A DNA stretch of 64,000 nucleotides from Eledone cirrhosa (GCA_964016885.1 CAXHJY010000109.1:1-64000), one strand, 5' to 3'; positions 21,147 to 34,221 are shown, counted from the first letter of the stretch. Numbers and translations are program-made. Notes: generated by a model not told the origin, from the sequence alone.

Positions 21147-21928
21147 AACTGTAAGTATGTAATATTTACATATTCTTGTTAAAACTACATTCAGCTATGT
21201 TCCAGTCAGTGTGACTCGGTTAATTCTTGCTAATTTATCCTAATGAAGAATCAAAGATACTGATCAGTATTTTACACGTTTTGCTTAAATTGCCAATATT
21301 GCGCCAATATATCAGAAGTCTGATAGAAGCAGATCAATTAAAATAGCGCCTCCTGGTGGAACAATCAAACAATAACTTTCACTGATTATTAGAAAGATAA
21401 GCTATAGTCGATAACTACATTCTTTGTGTGTGAACTATTAACTAGCGGGAACGATGAAATAAGACGTCGTGTGAAGAAAGTTTTACCTATTTATTTACAT
21501 ATATAATCTGGTTTTGCTTCTTGTTTTATTTCTTACACTCATTTTACTATGACGACTGCCATGCTGGAGCAATTTATTAGTAACTGTATTTATTCATTTA
21601 GTTGGTTATTTGTTTGTATATTGTAAGAGCAACAGTGAGACTTCTGGAAGGAAACAATGGAGATTACTACTACGAAGACCAATGTATATTTGACCAGAGA
21701 GTATTTCTTTTATTTTTCATCGTACACATACACACACACAAACATACGCGCGTGCATGCACCCACATACGCGCGTGCATGCACACACGCATACATTCATA
21801 CATACTCATTATATTAAGACTAAATAGTGAGTCGCGTTTATCAGGATGCCTCAGATGACACTGTGAAAAGCAAACGAAACTCCAGAGTAGCAAGACTCAC
21901 CATTTGGCTTTGATAAAATGAGGTCAAG

Positions 21929-21969
<41 letters not shown>

Positions 21970-22062
21970 GTTAGTCCTTCATCAGTGATCTTCCAACCAT
22001 CGCTTTAAAGACCATATACCTCCGGTTGGTGCGAGCAACGGCTAAAAAAAGTCGTTGGGACA
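21970..22062 (-). mobile_element. Penelope-like pseudo-LTR fragment ending in hammerhead 5' half (CTGATGAAGGAC)
   Basis: Minus strand GATGGTTGGAAGATCA-CTGATGA-AGGACT is cut off by a TA tract. Paralogous to 23108-23213 (CTGACGA-AGGACT). Confidence 0.55.
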
Positions 22063-22994
22063 CGAGTGTAAACAAACAAAGATGGTGAAGCAACGAAAAG
22101 TGAGGAAGAAGGAGTCAAGTCCCAAATTTCCATGAATATAAGTTCGGTGAAATCGTGAACGAGAGAGAATAACGACCATCAAACCTGGTTGGAATGTGAG
22201 CAAGGAAGGAATTCCGTACAGGTCTAACGGGAGGAAGAAGGGATCTAGTCTGTGATTTCGGTGACCGTAAGTTCTGTGAAATCGTAGACGAGAGAGAGAA
22301 AAAAAGCGACCTGCCTGACCAAGGGTGCGAAAGAAAAGAATTACGCACAGGTCAAACGGGAAGAAGAAGGAGGAGGAGAGGTAGTAACAGAGAGTGAGTG
22401 AGTGAAGGGTGAGGAAGAGGCTAACAGAGAGAGTGACTGTTAGAGAGGGTAAAGATACAGGGAAAGAGGAAGCAAATATATAATATTGCACCAAGAAAAA
22501 TACAGACTTCGGCGAGGAAAGAGAGAATGAATTCATTGGCTTTAACATATGTTTCTGTATCAATTATAATAGTCAACATATGCTGACTACAATATATATT
22601 GTTCAATCATATGTAGTACTTAATTATTTACCACATGTCTTCAGAAAGCTTTAAATTGTTTGTGGTAGTGTCTTTCCAGCATGTCATAGAATTCAGGAAT
22701 GAGATGTTCAACACAAACATGGTATTTATGTTTGAGAAAATAAGAACAATAATAAATCAAAATGACAATAAAATAAAATAGAGTAAGTTAGAGTGAGAAG
22801 TAGAGAACGTTAGGAAGAGAGGGGATGGCAGTAAAGAGTTTCACATTTTCATTCTGTGTGCTGTGAAGTGGAACAATTTTTCTTTTGACCCTTGGTATGG
22901 GGGAAGGTTTCAGTGTTTGACATATATGGTGAAGAGGGCTGAGAGGGGAGAGAGAGAAGGACACACACACACACACACAGACACACACATATAC

Positions 22995-23053
<59 letters not shown>

Positions 23054-23347
23054 CATGAGAAGAAAGAAGAATACTGCGTGGTTGCACATGGGTTACATAT
23101 GATAAAAATAGTCCTTCGTCAGTGATTTTCCAACCATCATTGGTATTTCATCGCATTAAAACTCATATACCTCAGGTTGGTGCGGGCAATAACTAAAAAA
23201 AGTTATTGGGACCAGTAAATCGCGTAAAGCGAGTGGGACAATTGAACAACATAGAAGGATAAAAGCAAACCAAAGAAAGGAAAAAAACAAGCAACATGGT
23301 AGTCCTGGTCAGCATAAGCTGGGTGGATTTCATGAGCGAAAGGTACA

Positions 23348-23389
<42 letters not shown>

Positions 23390-24205
23390 AAAAGGACGAG
23401 GTTTTAAATATTCATTACATTTATTGAAGTTTGAGGCGCGTTTTGCGAGTGATCAGCTCAAGGTTCGATCTGTATCAATCGGGCCCGACTCTGAAATCAA
23501 AAGCACGTCAGACTTCTGTTCTGGTAATGACAGAATGATTCTTTGTGTGTATACATATATAGTGTTTACAAATGTACAGACCGCCATTTTAATTTTATAC
23601 ATTTTAGACAGTAAACCGAACAGCCTTTCATTTATACATCATAGCAGAGGGGTGATGTTAGCTTCAGTAATGGCCTTTAGACTAATGAACTACATCTCAC
23701 ACACCATACTAATACATACACATATATACACACATACACACGCACACACATATATACACATACACACGCCTCATACGCACACACACCGTACTCATACATA
23801 CAAGTACACGTACGCGCAGTCAGATATACATACGTACACAACATGCCACACACACACCATACTCATACAGACCCATACATGCACATGAGTACACATATAT
23901 ACATACCCAACGCCTCTCTCTCTCTCTCACACACACACACCATAATCACACATACACTCACGCACATATACATACAGCACAGCTCACACATATCTCATAT
24001 ATACCCGTATAAGCACGTAGAGTCATATATCCACTTATACATACACGATACAATAAACATACTCTAACATATATACACATATGTATATACAATACTTCAT
24101 ACACACCATACACTTATATACACGCATGTAGTCATATGCACACACACATGCATATATATATATATATATATACATACACGCACGCACAATAACACACACA
24201 CACAC

Positions 24206-24242
<37 letters not shown>

Positions 24243-24857
24243 GCATGCGCAGTAATATATACACATCACACACACACACTTCATACATACGCATATACGT
24301 ACACATGGCCACATATACACATAGACATTCACACATGCACTGACATCCACACCATTCGTACATACGTAAAAGTGTGTACTTTCTAGACACATACATCCAC
24401 GTCTACTTCTACATTACTTTACACAGCACCGCCGCCTATATATATGCCTCTGTCCCTACACACATTTAAAATGAGGTTTTCTTCGCATCAGTCTGTTCTC
24501 CTTATAGATTCTACAAATTGCCACTGTTCATATATCATCTGTTAATTGCCAATTAAGACACCAGCCACAGTAAAAGACATCCTTTAACAAACATTGAAAA
24601 CCTGTTTAGAAAATAGGATAATTAATGATGACACCCCCCCCCCCTCTCACAGCAGCAGCAGCAGCAGCAGCAGCAGTATGTAGTTAGCGAAAACCTCCCC
24701 CTACACCCTATATCGATAATTAGCCATATCATACACATCTATAGCATACACATCTATATCAATATACGGTATTTTTTGGAATGTACTCAAAATCAAATGA
24801 AGCACCTTCTCACTGGTGTTGTAGGAACGCCTCTCAGGTTGACCTACACCAGTTCCT

Positions 24858-27847
24858 ATCTCTGACGATATTGGGCCATCTGGAGCCGAGGTATCAGGTA
24901 TCAATCTCTGGCGATATTAGGCCATCTGGAGCCGAGATATCAGCTATTAATCTCTGGCGATAGTGGACCATCTGGAGGCGAGGTATCAGGTATCAATCTC
25001 TGGCGATATTGGGCCATCTGGAGCCGAGGTATCAGGTATCAATTTCTGGCGATATTGGACCATCTGGAGCCGAGGTATCAGATATCAATCTCTGGCGATA
25101 GTGGACCATCTGGAGCCGAGGTATCAGATATCAATCTCTGGCGATATTGGACCATCTGGAGCCGAGGTATCAGATATCAATCTCTGGCGATAGTGGACCA
25201 TCTGGAGCCGAGGTATCAGGTATCAATCTCTGGCGATATTGGACCATCTGGAGGCGAGGTATCAGGTATCAATCCCTGGCGATAGTGGACCATCTGGAGC
25301 CGAAGTATCAGATATCAATCTCTGGCGATAGTGGACCATCTGGAGCCGAGGTATCAGATATCAATCTATGGCGATATTGGGCCATCTGGAGCCGAGGTAT
25401 CAGGTATCAATCTATGGCGATATTGGGCCATCTGGAGCCGAGGTATCAGATATTAATCTCTGGCGATATTGGGCCATCTGGAGCCGAGGTATCAGGTATC
25501 AATCTATGGCGATATTGGGCCATCTGGAGCCGAGGTATCAGGTATCAATCTCTGGCGATATTGGACCATCTGGAGCCGAGGTATCAGGTATCAATCTCTG
25601 GCAATAGTGGACCATCTGGAGCCGAGGTATCAGGTGTCAATCTCTGGCGATAGTAGACCATCTGGAGCCGAGGTATCAGGTATCAATATCTGGCGATATT
25701 GGGCCATCTGGAGCCGAGGTATCAGGTATCAATCTCTGGCGATAGTGGACCATCTGGAGGCGAGGTATCAGGTATTAATCTCTGGCGATATTGGACCATC
25801 TGGAGGCGAGGTATCAGGTATCAATCCCTGGCGATAGTGGACCATCTGGAGCCGAGGTATCAGATATCAATCTCTGGCGATATTGGGCCATCTGGAGCCG
25901 AGGTATCAGGTATCAATCTCTGAGGATATTGGGCCATCTGGAGCCGAGGTATCAGATATCAATCTCTGGCGATAGTGGACCATCTGGAGCCGAGGTATCA
26001 GGTATCAATCTCTGGCGATAGTGGACCATCTGGAGCCGAGGTATCAGGTATCAATCTCTGGCGATATTGGACCATCTGGAGCCGAGGTATCAGATATCAA
26101 TCTCTGGCGATAGTGGACCATCTGGAGCCGAGGTATCAGGTATCAATCTCTGGCGATATTGGGCCACCTGGAGCCGAGGTATCAGGTATCAATCCCTGGC
26201 GATAGTGGACCATCTGGAGCCGAGGTATCAGGTATCAATCTCTGGCGATATTGGGCCATCTGGAGCCGAGGTATCAGGTATCAATCTCTGGCGATATTGG
26301 ACCATCTGGAGCCGAGGTATCAGGTATCAATCTCTGGCGATATTGGACCATCTAGAGCCGAGGTATCAGGTATCAATCTCTGGCGGTATTGGGCCATCTG
26401 GAGCCGAGGTATCAGGTATCAATCTCTGGCGATAGTGGACCATCTGGAGCCGAGGTATCAGGTATCAATCCCTGGCGATAGTGGACCATCTGGAGCCGAG
26501 GTATCAGGTATCAATCCCTGGCGATAGTGGACCATCTGGAGCCGAGGTATCAGGTATCAATCTCTGGCGATAGTGGACCATCTGGAGCCGAGGTATCAGG
26601 TATCAATCTCTGGCGATAGTGGACCATCTGGAGCCGAGGTATCAGGTATCAATCTATGGCGATATTGGGCCATCTGGAGCCGAGGTATCAGGTATCAATC
26701 TCTGGCGATAGTGGACCATCTGGAGCCGAGGTATCAGGTATCAATCTCTGGCGATATTGGGCCATCTGGAGCCGAGGTATCAGGTATCAATCTCTGGTGA
26801 TAGTGGACCATCTGGAGCCGAGGTATCAGGTATCAATCTCTGGCGATAGTGTACCATCTGGAGCCGAGGTATCAGGTATCAATCTCTGGCGATATTGGGC
26901 CATCTGGAGCCGAGGTATCAGGTATCAATCTCTGGCGATAGTGTACCATCTGGAGCCGAGGTATCAGGTATCAATCTCTGGCGATATTGGACCATCTGGA
27001 GCCGAGGTGTCAGGTATCAATCTCTGGTGATAGTGGACCATCTGGAGCCGAGGTATCAGGTATCAATCTCTGGCGATATTGGGCCATCTGGAGCCGAGGT
27101 ATCAGGTATCAATCTCTGGCGATATTGGGCCATCTGGAGCCGAGGTATCAGATATCAATCTCTGGCGATAGTGGACCATCTGGAGCCGAGGTATCAGATA
27201 TCAATCTCTGGCGATATTGGGCCATCTGGAGCCGAGGTATCAGATATCAATCTCTGGCGATATTGGGCCATCTGGAGCCGAGGTATCAGATATCAATCTC
27301 TGGCGATAGTGGACCATCTGGAGCCGAGGTATCAGATATCAATCTCTGGCGATATTGGGCCATCTGGAGCCGAGGTATCAGATATCAATCTCTGGCGATA
27401 TTGGGCCATCTGGAGCCGAGGTATCAGATATCAATCTCTGGCGATAGTGGACCATCTGGAGCCGAGGTATCAGATATCAATCTCTGGCGATATTGGGCCA
27501 TCTGGAGCCGAGATATCAGGTATCAATCCCTGGCGATATTGGGCCATCTGGAGCCGAGATATCAGATATTAATCTCTGGCGATATTGGGCCATCTGGAGC
27601 CGAGGTATCAGGTATCAATCTCTGGCGATAGTGGACCATCTGGAGCCGAGGTATCAGATATTAATCTCTGGCGATATTGGGCCATCTGGAGCCGAGATAT
27701 CAGGTATCAATCCCTGGCGATATTGGGCCATCTGGAGCCGAGATATCAGATATTAATCTCTGGCGATATTGGGCCATCTGGAGCCGAGATATCAGGTATC
27801 AATCCCTGGCGATATTGGGCCATCTGGAGCCGAGATATCAGGTATCA
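24858..27847 (+). repeat. 46-bp tandem satellite, ~65 copies
   Basis: Unit ATCTCTGGCGATATTGGGCCATCTGGAGCCGAGGTATCAGGTATCA. Confidence 0.97.
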
Positions 27848-28049
27848 CACAACCTTATTTTGAAGAAATAAAAGTGAATGATCTCTTCTACTTCTAAATA
27901 GTTTCTGTATAGAACAATAAGTATTGTTATATCTGGGGGGTGGGGTGGATCCTGTTGTCCTAAAGTAGAAACAATTATTTGAAAGGGACAGAGCTATATA
28001 CATATATATATACATATATCTACATATATTCATATACACACATATATAT

Positions 28050-28281
28050 ATATATATATAAAGGAACGATCGACTTTCGTCAAATCGGACCGAGGGAACA
28101 ATGTTTCCGTTGGTCTTTCCAATTGCTAATACTATCTATCGGTCGCAACTTCAGGTAGAAGGAGCAACGTGAAATAAAGTGTCTTGCTCAAGGACATAAC
28201 GCATCGCCTGGTCCAGGAATCGAACTCACAACCTTACGATTGTGAATCCAATTCTCTAACCACTCAGCCACACGCCTTCAC
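28050..28281 (-). mobile_element. tRNA-derived SINE (family B head)
   Basis: Minus strand GTGAAGGCGTGTGGCTGAGTGGTTAG...GAGTTCGATTCC...GTCCTTGAGCAAGACACTTTATTTCACGTTGCTCC; close paralogue at 53270-53472. Confidence 0.8.
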
Positions 28282-29019
28282 TATATATATATATTAGTAA
28301 ATAAGCCAATAGGACTGTGAATAGATAAATCAACCCTGAACGTAGATACATCAATAAGTGAACAGTAATCACTGAATCTATACGGAAATGAAAGCTAACA
28401 ATAAACGAAGCAGCCCGTGTATGAGATCATCGAAAGACTCCTAACTAATACAGTCATTAAACAAAGCTAATTAAAAACTAAGCCTCAAAACACGTGGAAA
28501 ATAATTTAATGATTTTGACATATAAGTTACCAGTGACGGAAGAAATGGAGGAAATTTGTCATTGAAGTCATTAGAGACGAGATAAACAGTTGAATAAGTT
28601 TGATATATAATTCACTTGAGACGGAAATGGTTGTATTATTTGAAAGGGAGGTTAACTTTGCCTTTCATCCTTACAGGGTTGATAAAATAAAGTACCAGTA
28701 ATGCACTGGGTTATTGCTGGCCTTGTGCCTAAAGTAGAAACAATTATTTGAAAGGGACAGAGGTGACTCTTGATAGGGACGTATAAAAAAGATAACCCTT
28801 TCGTGGCCATATTGCTAATGAAATATATTTTAACGAGAATATATTATATTTTCCGAAGTTCACAGTTGTATAACATAACAAATAAACATACAGAAAAAGA
28901 GGAACCCATTAGAAAGGACTATAAATGCCATAAATGAGAGTAAGGACTACTAGACAAAGGAAGAAAGGGGAAAAGGAGATGTTGACAGACTCTACACCTA
29001 GGTCAGAGTGGTGTTTCGG

Positions 29020-29500
29020 CTGCTCTCCGCGGACAAAATGTAAAAATGCATTGCCTAGGACAATGGCCAGTCATACAAGCTGCAGCAGCTACTCCCACCA
29101 CGTGAGGGGGGGGTCATTCCTAAGAAGGGCTGCTATCAATCCGATTTCATGGAGGAGGTCAGCTGCCCTTTGTCCGAGGTCACCTGAGGTCTCGATGGCA
29201 ACTGGTGCAAAGAGGATACGGCCGGTTTTTGCTTGTCTTCCTGTCGCCTGCACTGCGAGCCGCAGTACCGGGGCTTGTGGTCGAGATGATTACGTTGGAG
29301 GTGGAGAAAGTGTCACAGTATGTCACTTCCCAGATGAGAGATTGACCGCCTTCGAAAGGACGAGGGTAATTCCATCGAGGCCCTTGCCGTCACCCCGTTC
29401 AACGCCTACTAGCTCCAGAAGGGATGGAAAGCCGGCTACCTATAGGCTCCTTCTCATTATTTCATTGAGAAGACATGTCGGGGATACGTGTGCAAGCCTC
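29020..29500 (-). pseudogene. Restriction-like (REL) endonuclease C-terminus of a CRE-clade non-LTR retrotransposon
   Basis: Minus-strand translation with frameshifts: LNEIMRRSL*VAGFPSLLELVGVERGDGKGLDGITLV / FEGGQSLIWEVTYCDTF...AARSAGDRK / FAPVAIETSGDLG...LAIVLGNA, matching the RPD..W(D/E)xT..K..PxAxETxG pattern. Confidence 0.8.
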
Positions 29501-29504
29501 ATTG

Positions 29505-30520
29505 GGTGTCCTAGAAGCGCTCCGTCATAAACACCCGGAGCCCTCAGCCAACATCATTGACGTCCAGGCCCCAGTAACCTTTCTTTGGCCACATCTAGTC
29601 AAAACGTATTAGCTGCCCTGAGATGTTTCCCAGAAAGCAGCAGTGGTCGAGTAGGCGGCCTGCGACCCGGCCACCTCGGAGACCTTATTTCACTAAACCC
29701 CACTCTCACCAACTGTCTTCTCCGCGCCAACGTGCCCTGCCATGCCCTCAACATGTTCTTCTTACCCAGCTTGGTCACTCTGATGGGGAATGATGGTGGC
29801 GTCCGTCCCATCACAATGGACAACAATGTCTTCCGACGACTTGCAGCCAAGTTAGATTGCAAGATAATTAAATATGAGATGACTGAGGTGCTAAAGCCTG
29901 TCCAACTCGGAATGGGAGTAAAGTGTGGATGGGAGGCGGCTACTAGTGCGGCCAGACACTTTATAGAGTACACGCCTTTTTTGCCACCCTACCTCCGAGT
30001 GAAGCTGAACCTGAAAAACGCCTTTAACAGCTTTTTCGAGACCACGTCATAGAGAGGTGTCTTAGACGAGCCCCTTCTATTTTCCCTCATACTCAACTCT
30101 CGTACAGAACACCCAGCAATTCATGGTCACTGATAACAAGGTCACTTCCACTAAGGCTGTCCAGCGAAGATACCCACTCGACCCGCTTCTCTTTGCACTG
30201 GCAGTCGACGACGTTGCTCGTTCTGCCCGGTCACCCTTCAGCGTCTGGTACCTGGACGACATGATCCTGTATAGCTCAATGAGTCGGCAGTTGAGGACCT
30301 TCGGCAAATCATTCCAGCTTTAACGCTCTACGGACTCGATATCAACCCATGCAAGTCTGGGGTGATAAACATTAGTTAAGGTGAGGCTGACTTCCACGAC
30401 GGCGTAATCAGCGGCCATCACGTCTCATCTGGGGTTTGGCTAATGGCCACAGATGCTGCCTGCATTCTCGGCTCTCCAGTTCTCTCAAAGGTCATACGGG
30501 AGTGCCTGGAGACCAAGGAC
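29505..30520 (+). pseudogene. Degenerate reverse transcriptase of a CRE-clade non-LTR retrotransposon
   Basis: LEALRHKHP...GGLRPGHL...DGGVRPI...FRRLAAK...PVQLGMGVKCGWEA...KLNLKNAFNS, then VQRRYPLDPLLF (QGDPLGPLLF-like) and WYLDD; frameshifted. Confidence 0.88.
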
Positions 30521-31659
30521 GCATACATTTTAGATCAATTAATCAATGGAGACTTTTGAAGTCTTTATTAACATCATTAACAAATTTGAATGGAGATCAT
30601 TTGAAATGGGTGGCTTTTTTTTTCATAGAACCAGCATTGATTTTGGTAGGATTTGTATTATAACTGTTGACAGAAAGTGTATGAATCTGTTCGTCCTTCC
30701 CCTATCCCTCGTTTTCTTTTCATATATAATAATTTCATATATAACAATTTTAGATATATTACATGCAGGTATAACGAGCCGCAGATATTCTAGCTATTAC
30801 CAAAAGCAAAAATGAATGCTTCACCTCCGAAAGAGGGATGGCACAAGAAGATGTAGTTGTTTCGAATGCTACTTTCTCTGTCTATATATATTTGTGTTTG
30901 ATTAAATATTAAATTCTTTATCATTTCTATGTAATTGTATCCTAGAAATAAAGTTTGACCTATTAAAATAATCCAATATATTCCATATTTTAGCGAAGAA
31001 TACATTATGTAATATGGCATTCATTTAAAATGATTGTTCTTTACTAAGAATTCTTATATATTACTGCCATAAAACGGAGACAAACGTGCGTATGAGAGGA
31101 GGTAACTGTCTCCTTCAAACCTAAAGAGATTATAAAGTGGATTGAAACTCTCATTAGAGAAATAGATAGAAGAAAAAAACAAAACAAAATGTATCCTGAT
31201 AGGAATAAAACTGAAATGACAAAGGGAGATAATTAAATAATTAATCTCTCAATGGCTTCGGTTAACTCATCTGTATATTGAGATAACATGGGAACATATA
31301 GTGATGGTGGTGGTGAGGGGAGTGTTGGAGGAAGATATAGCAGTGGTGGTGGTGGGGGTGGAGGAAGATATAGTAGTGGTGGTGGTGGTGGTGCGATGGT
31401 GGTGGTAGTGGTAGGGGTGTTGGAGGAACATACAGTGGTGGCGGTGGTGGTGGTGGGAGGGGGGGGGGGTAGTTGTGATTGGGCGGTGATAGTAGTGAAG
31501 GAATATATAGTGATGATGGCGGTGGTGGTGGTGCTGGTGGTGTGTGTGTGTGTGTGTGTGTCTGACGGGTATGTATGAGTATGTAACTAAGTGTGTGTAA
31601 TTGTGTGTGCGTATGTGAGTGTTTCTATGTGTGGTAATGTGTATGTGGAAATGTGTATG

Positions 31660-32442
31660 TGTGGAAATGTGTGTGTGTGTCCATGTGTGCTAAGGTGTCA
31701 GTATATGTGTGGAAATGTGTGTGTGTCCATGTGTGCTAAGGTGTCAGTATATGTGTGTGTCTATGTGTGTGTGTGTCCATGTGTGCTAAGGTGTCAGTAT
31801 ACGTGTGTGTCTATGAGTGGAAATGTGTGTGTGTCCATGTGTGCTAAGGTGTCAGTATACGTGTGTGTCTATGAGTGGAAATGTGTGTGTGTCCATGTGT
31901 GCTAAGGTGTCAGTATATGTGTGTGTCTATGTGTGTGTGTGTCCATGTGTGCTAAGGTGTCAGTATACGTGTGTGTCTATGAGTGGAAATGTGTGTGTGT
32001 GTCCATGTGTGCTAAGGTGTCAGTATATGTGTGTGTCTATGAGTGGAAATGTGTGTGTGTGTCCATGTGTGCTAAGGTGTCAGTATATGTGTGTGTCTAT
32101 GAGTGGAAATGTGTGTGTGTCCATGTGTGCTAAGGTGTCAGTATATGTGTGTGTCTATGAGTGGAAATGTGTGTGTGTCCATGTGTGCTAAGGTGTCAGT
32201 ATATGTGTGTGTCTATGTGTGGAAATGTGTGTGTGTCCATGTGTGCTAAGGTGTCAGTATATGTGTGTGTCTATGTGTGGAAATGTGTGTGTCTATGTGT
32301 GGAAATGTGTGTGTGTCCATGTGTGCTAAGGTGTCAGTATATGTGTGTGTCTATGTGTGCTAAGGTGTCAGTATATGTGTGTGTCTATGTGTGCTAAGGT
32401 GTCAATATATGTGTGTGTCTATGTGTGGAAATGTGTGTGTGT
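31660..32442 (+). repeat. ~56-60 bp GT-rich minisatellite
   Basis: Recurring GTCCATGTGTGCTAAGGTGTCAGTATATGTGTGTGTCTATGAGTGGAAAT. Confidence 0.9.
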
Positions 32443-32473
32443 CATATAGCAAATCTGAAACTATATATATACA

Positions 32474-32645
32474 TAACTGTTTCTACGTTAGGCACAAGGC
32501 CAGCAATCACCCAGCGCATTACTGGTACTTTATTCTATCGACCCCGTAAGGATGAAAGGCAAAGTTAACCTCGGCGGGATTTGAACTGAGATCGTAAAGG
32601 GACGTAACTATGCTGAAAAGCATGGAGTCCGACCCTTTACCAGTA
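32474..32645 (-). mobile_element. tRNA-derived SINE (family A)
   Basis: Reverse complement of the 12762-12952 type sequence. Confidence 0.8.
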
Positions 32646-32681
32646 GTAACAAAGAGTGTATATATATATACATATATATAT

Positions 32682-32712
<31 letters not shown>

Positions 32713-32855
32713 TACATATATATATACACATATATTTATATACATATACACATATATATATATATACACACATTTATATACATATACATATATATATATA
32801 TATACACACATATTTATATACATATATATACACATATTTATATACACATTTATAT

Positions 32856-32888
<33 letters not shown>

Positions 32889-32930
32889 GGTAAATATACA
32901 CGGGTGTGTATGATTGTGTATAGAAGATTA

Positions 32931-33322
32931 TATTAATAAGAGGAATTCCAACTTTGTCTGATTTACTCGTTTTATTTACAATCCTTTAAAATATATATAA
33001 TATGGTATTATAATGAAATAGTATGATAGAATATTAAATTCTAAGTGTTAATTGAACAAGTACTTTCATGCTTTCGCAATCTTCAGGTTCATGATATGTG
33101 GTGACAGTCGAGTTTGCAATTTTCAACAGTTGAAAATTGCAAACTCGACTGTCACCACATATCATGAACCTGAAGATTGCGAAAGCATGAAAGTACTTGT
33201 TCAATTAACACTTAGAATTTAATATTCTATCATACTATTTCATTATAATACCATATTATATATATTTTAAAGGATTGTAAATAAAACGAGTAAATCAGAC
33301 AAAGTTGGAATTCCTCTTATTA

Positions 33323-33325
<3 letters not shown>
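32931..33325. repeat. 395-bp palindrome (197-bp arms, 1-nt spacer at 33128)
   Basis: Arms read as reverse complements, from TATTAATAAGAGGAATTCC to GGAATTCCTCTTATTAATA. Confidence 0.95.
33165..33203 (+). ncRNA. Minimal type I hammerhead (mirror copy on minus strand at 33053-33091)
   Basis: TGAAC, CTGAAGA (33170-33176), T TGC GAAA GCA T, GAAA, GTAC, TT, GTTCA. Stem I 5 bp, GNRA-capped stem II, palindromic GTAC. Confidence 0.85.
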
Positions 33326-33386
<61 letters not shown>

Positions 33387-33494
33387 ATTTATATATATAT
33401 ATATAACGAAGAAAGTGTGTAATGAACCAGGTGGACCATAACGCACCAGTGTACTCAATACTTTGGGTAGTCGAGTGGGCAATAGGAAAATTCC

Positions 33495-33528
<34 letters not shown>

Positions 33529-33583
33529 TTTGTGTATATACATATATATATATGCATATACAGATATACATATCTATATCAGA

Positions 33584-33712
33584 AGCTTCCTGATGATTTC
33601 TCACGAATGAAACAGTTCTAGCCGTGTAGAAGCTTTTCTATATTAAATATTTATACTCTGCCTTGTATTGAGTACCTTACTTACTGTGGTTACCCCGATT
33701 GAACCCGGGATA
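33584..33712 (+). ncRNA. Type I hammerhead plus downstream tail (family also at 57947-58180)
   Basis: AGCTTC, CTGATGA (33590-33596), TTTC TCAC GAAT, GAAA, CAG...GTG, TA, GAAGCT. Confidence 0.8.
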
Positions 33713-33733
33713 AAATTATATATATATATATAT

Positions 33734-33936
33734 ATAGGAACCAGTAAGACCCCGACGGCTGAGCTCAAGCCGTTTCGACGGCTAATTCTGGACTAATTTA
33801 GTCCAGAATTAGCCGTCGAAACGGCTTGAGCTCAGCCGTCGGGGTCTTACTGGTTCCTATTACCCACTCTACTACCCTAAGTATTGAGTAGTTTGGTGCG
33901 TTATGGTCCACCTGGTTCCTTACCACATTTCCTTCG

Positions 33937-33938
<2 letters not shown>
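33734..33938 (+). mobile_element. 'GACTAA-TTAGTC' family element: 127-bp fold-back palindrome (33734-33860) plus tail
   Basis: Axis at 33797; the right arm holds GAAA-CGGCT TGAGCTC AGCCG-TC (hammerhead stem III with GUC site). Confidence 0.85.
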
Positions 33939-33985
<47 letters not shown>

Positions 33986-34128
33986 GTTAGAAACTCAAAA
34001 TTGTCTTTTACAATTAAATAGGTCAAGGAAGGGAATCATTCTGAGCCGTGTAATACAGCTAACTTGGTCATTTGCAATTCGAACACATGTATACTTGCAT
34101 CGGTGTTCATCCCTCTCATATATTCCAT

Positions 34129-34221
<93 letters not shown>

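Noticed and set aside
24963-27871. Repetitive HLEPRYQ/GPSGAEV ORFs
   Set aside because: The 46-bp unit is not a multiple of 3; frames cycle and hit stops.
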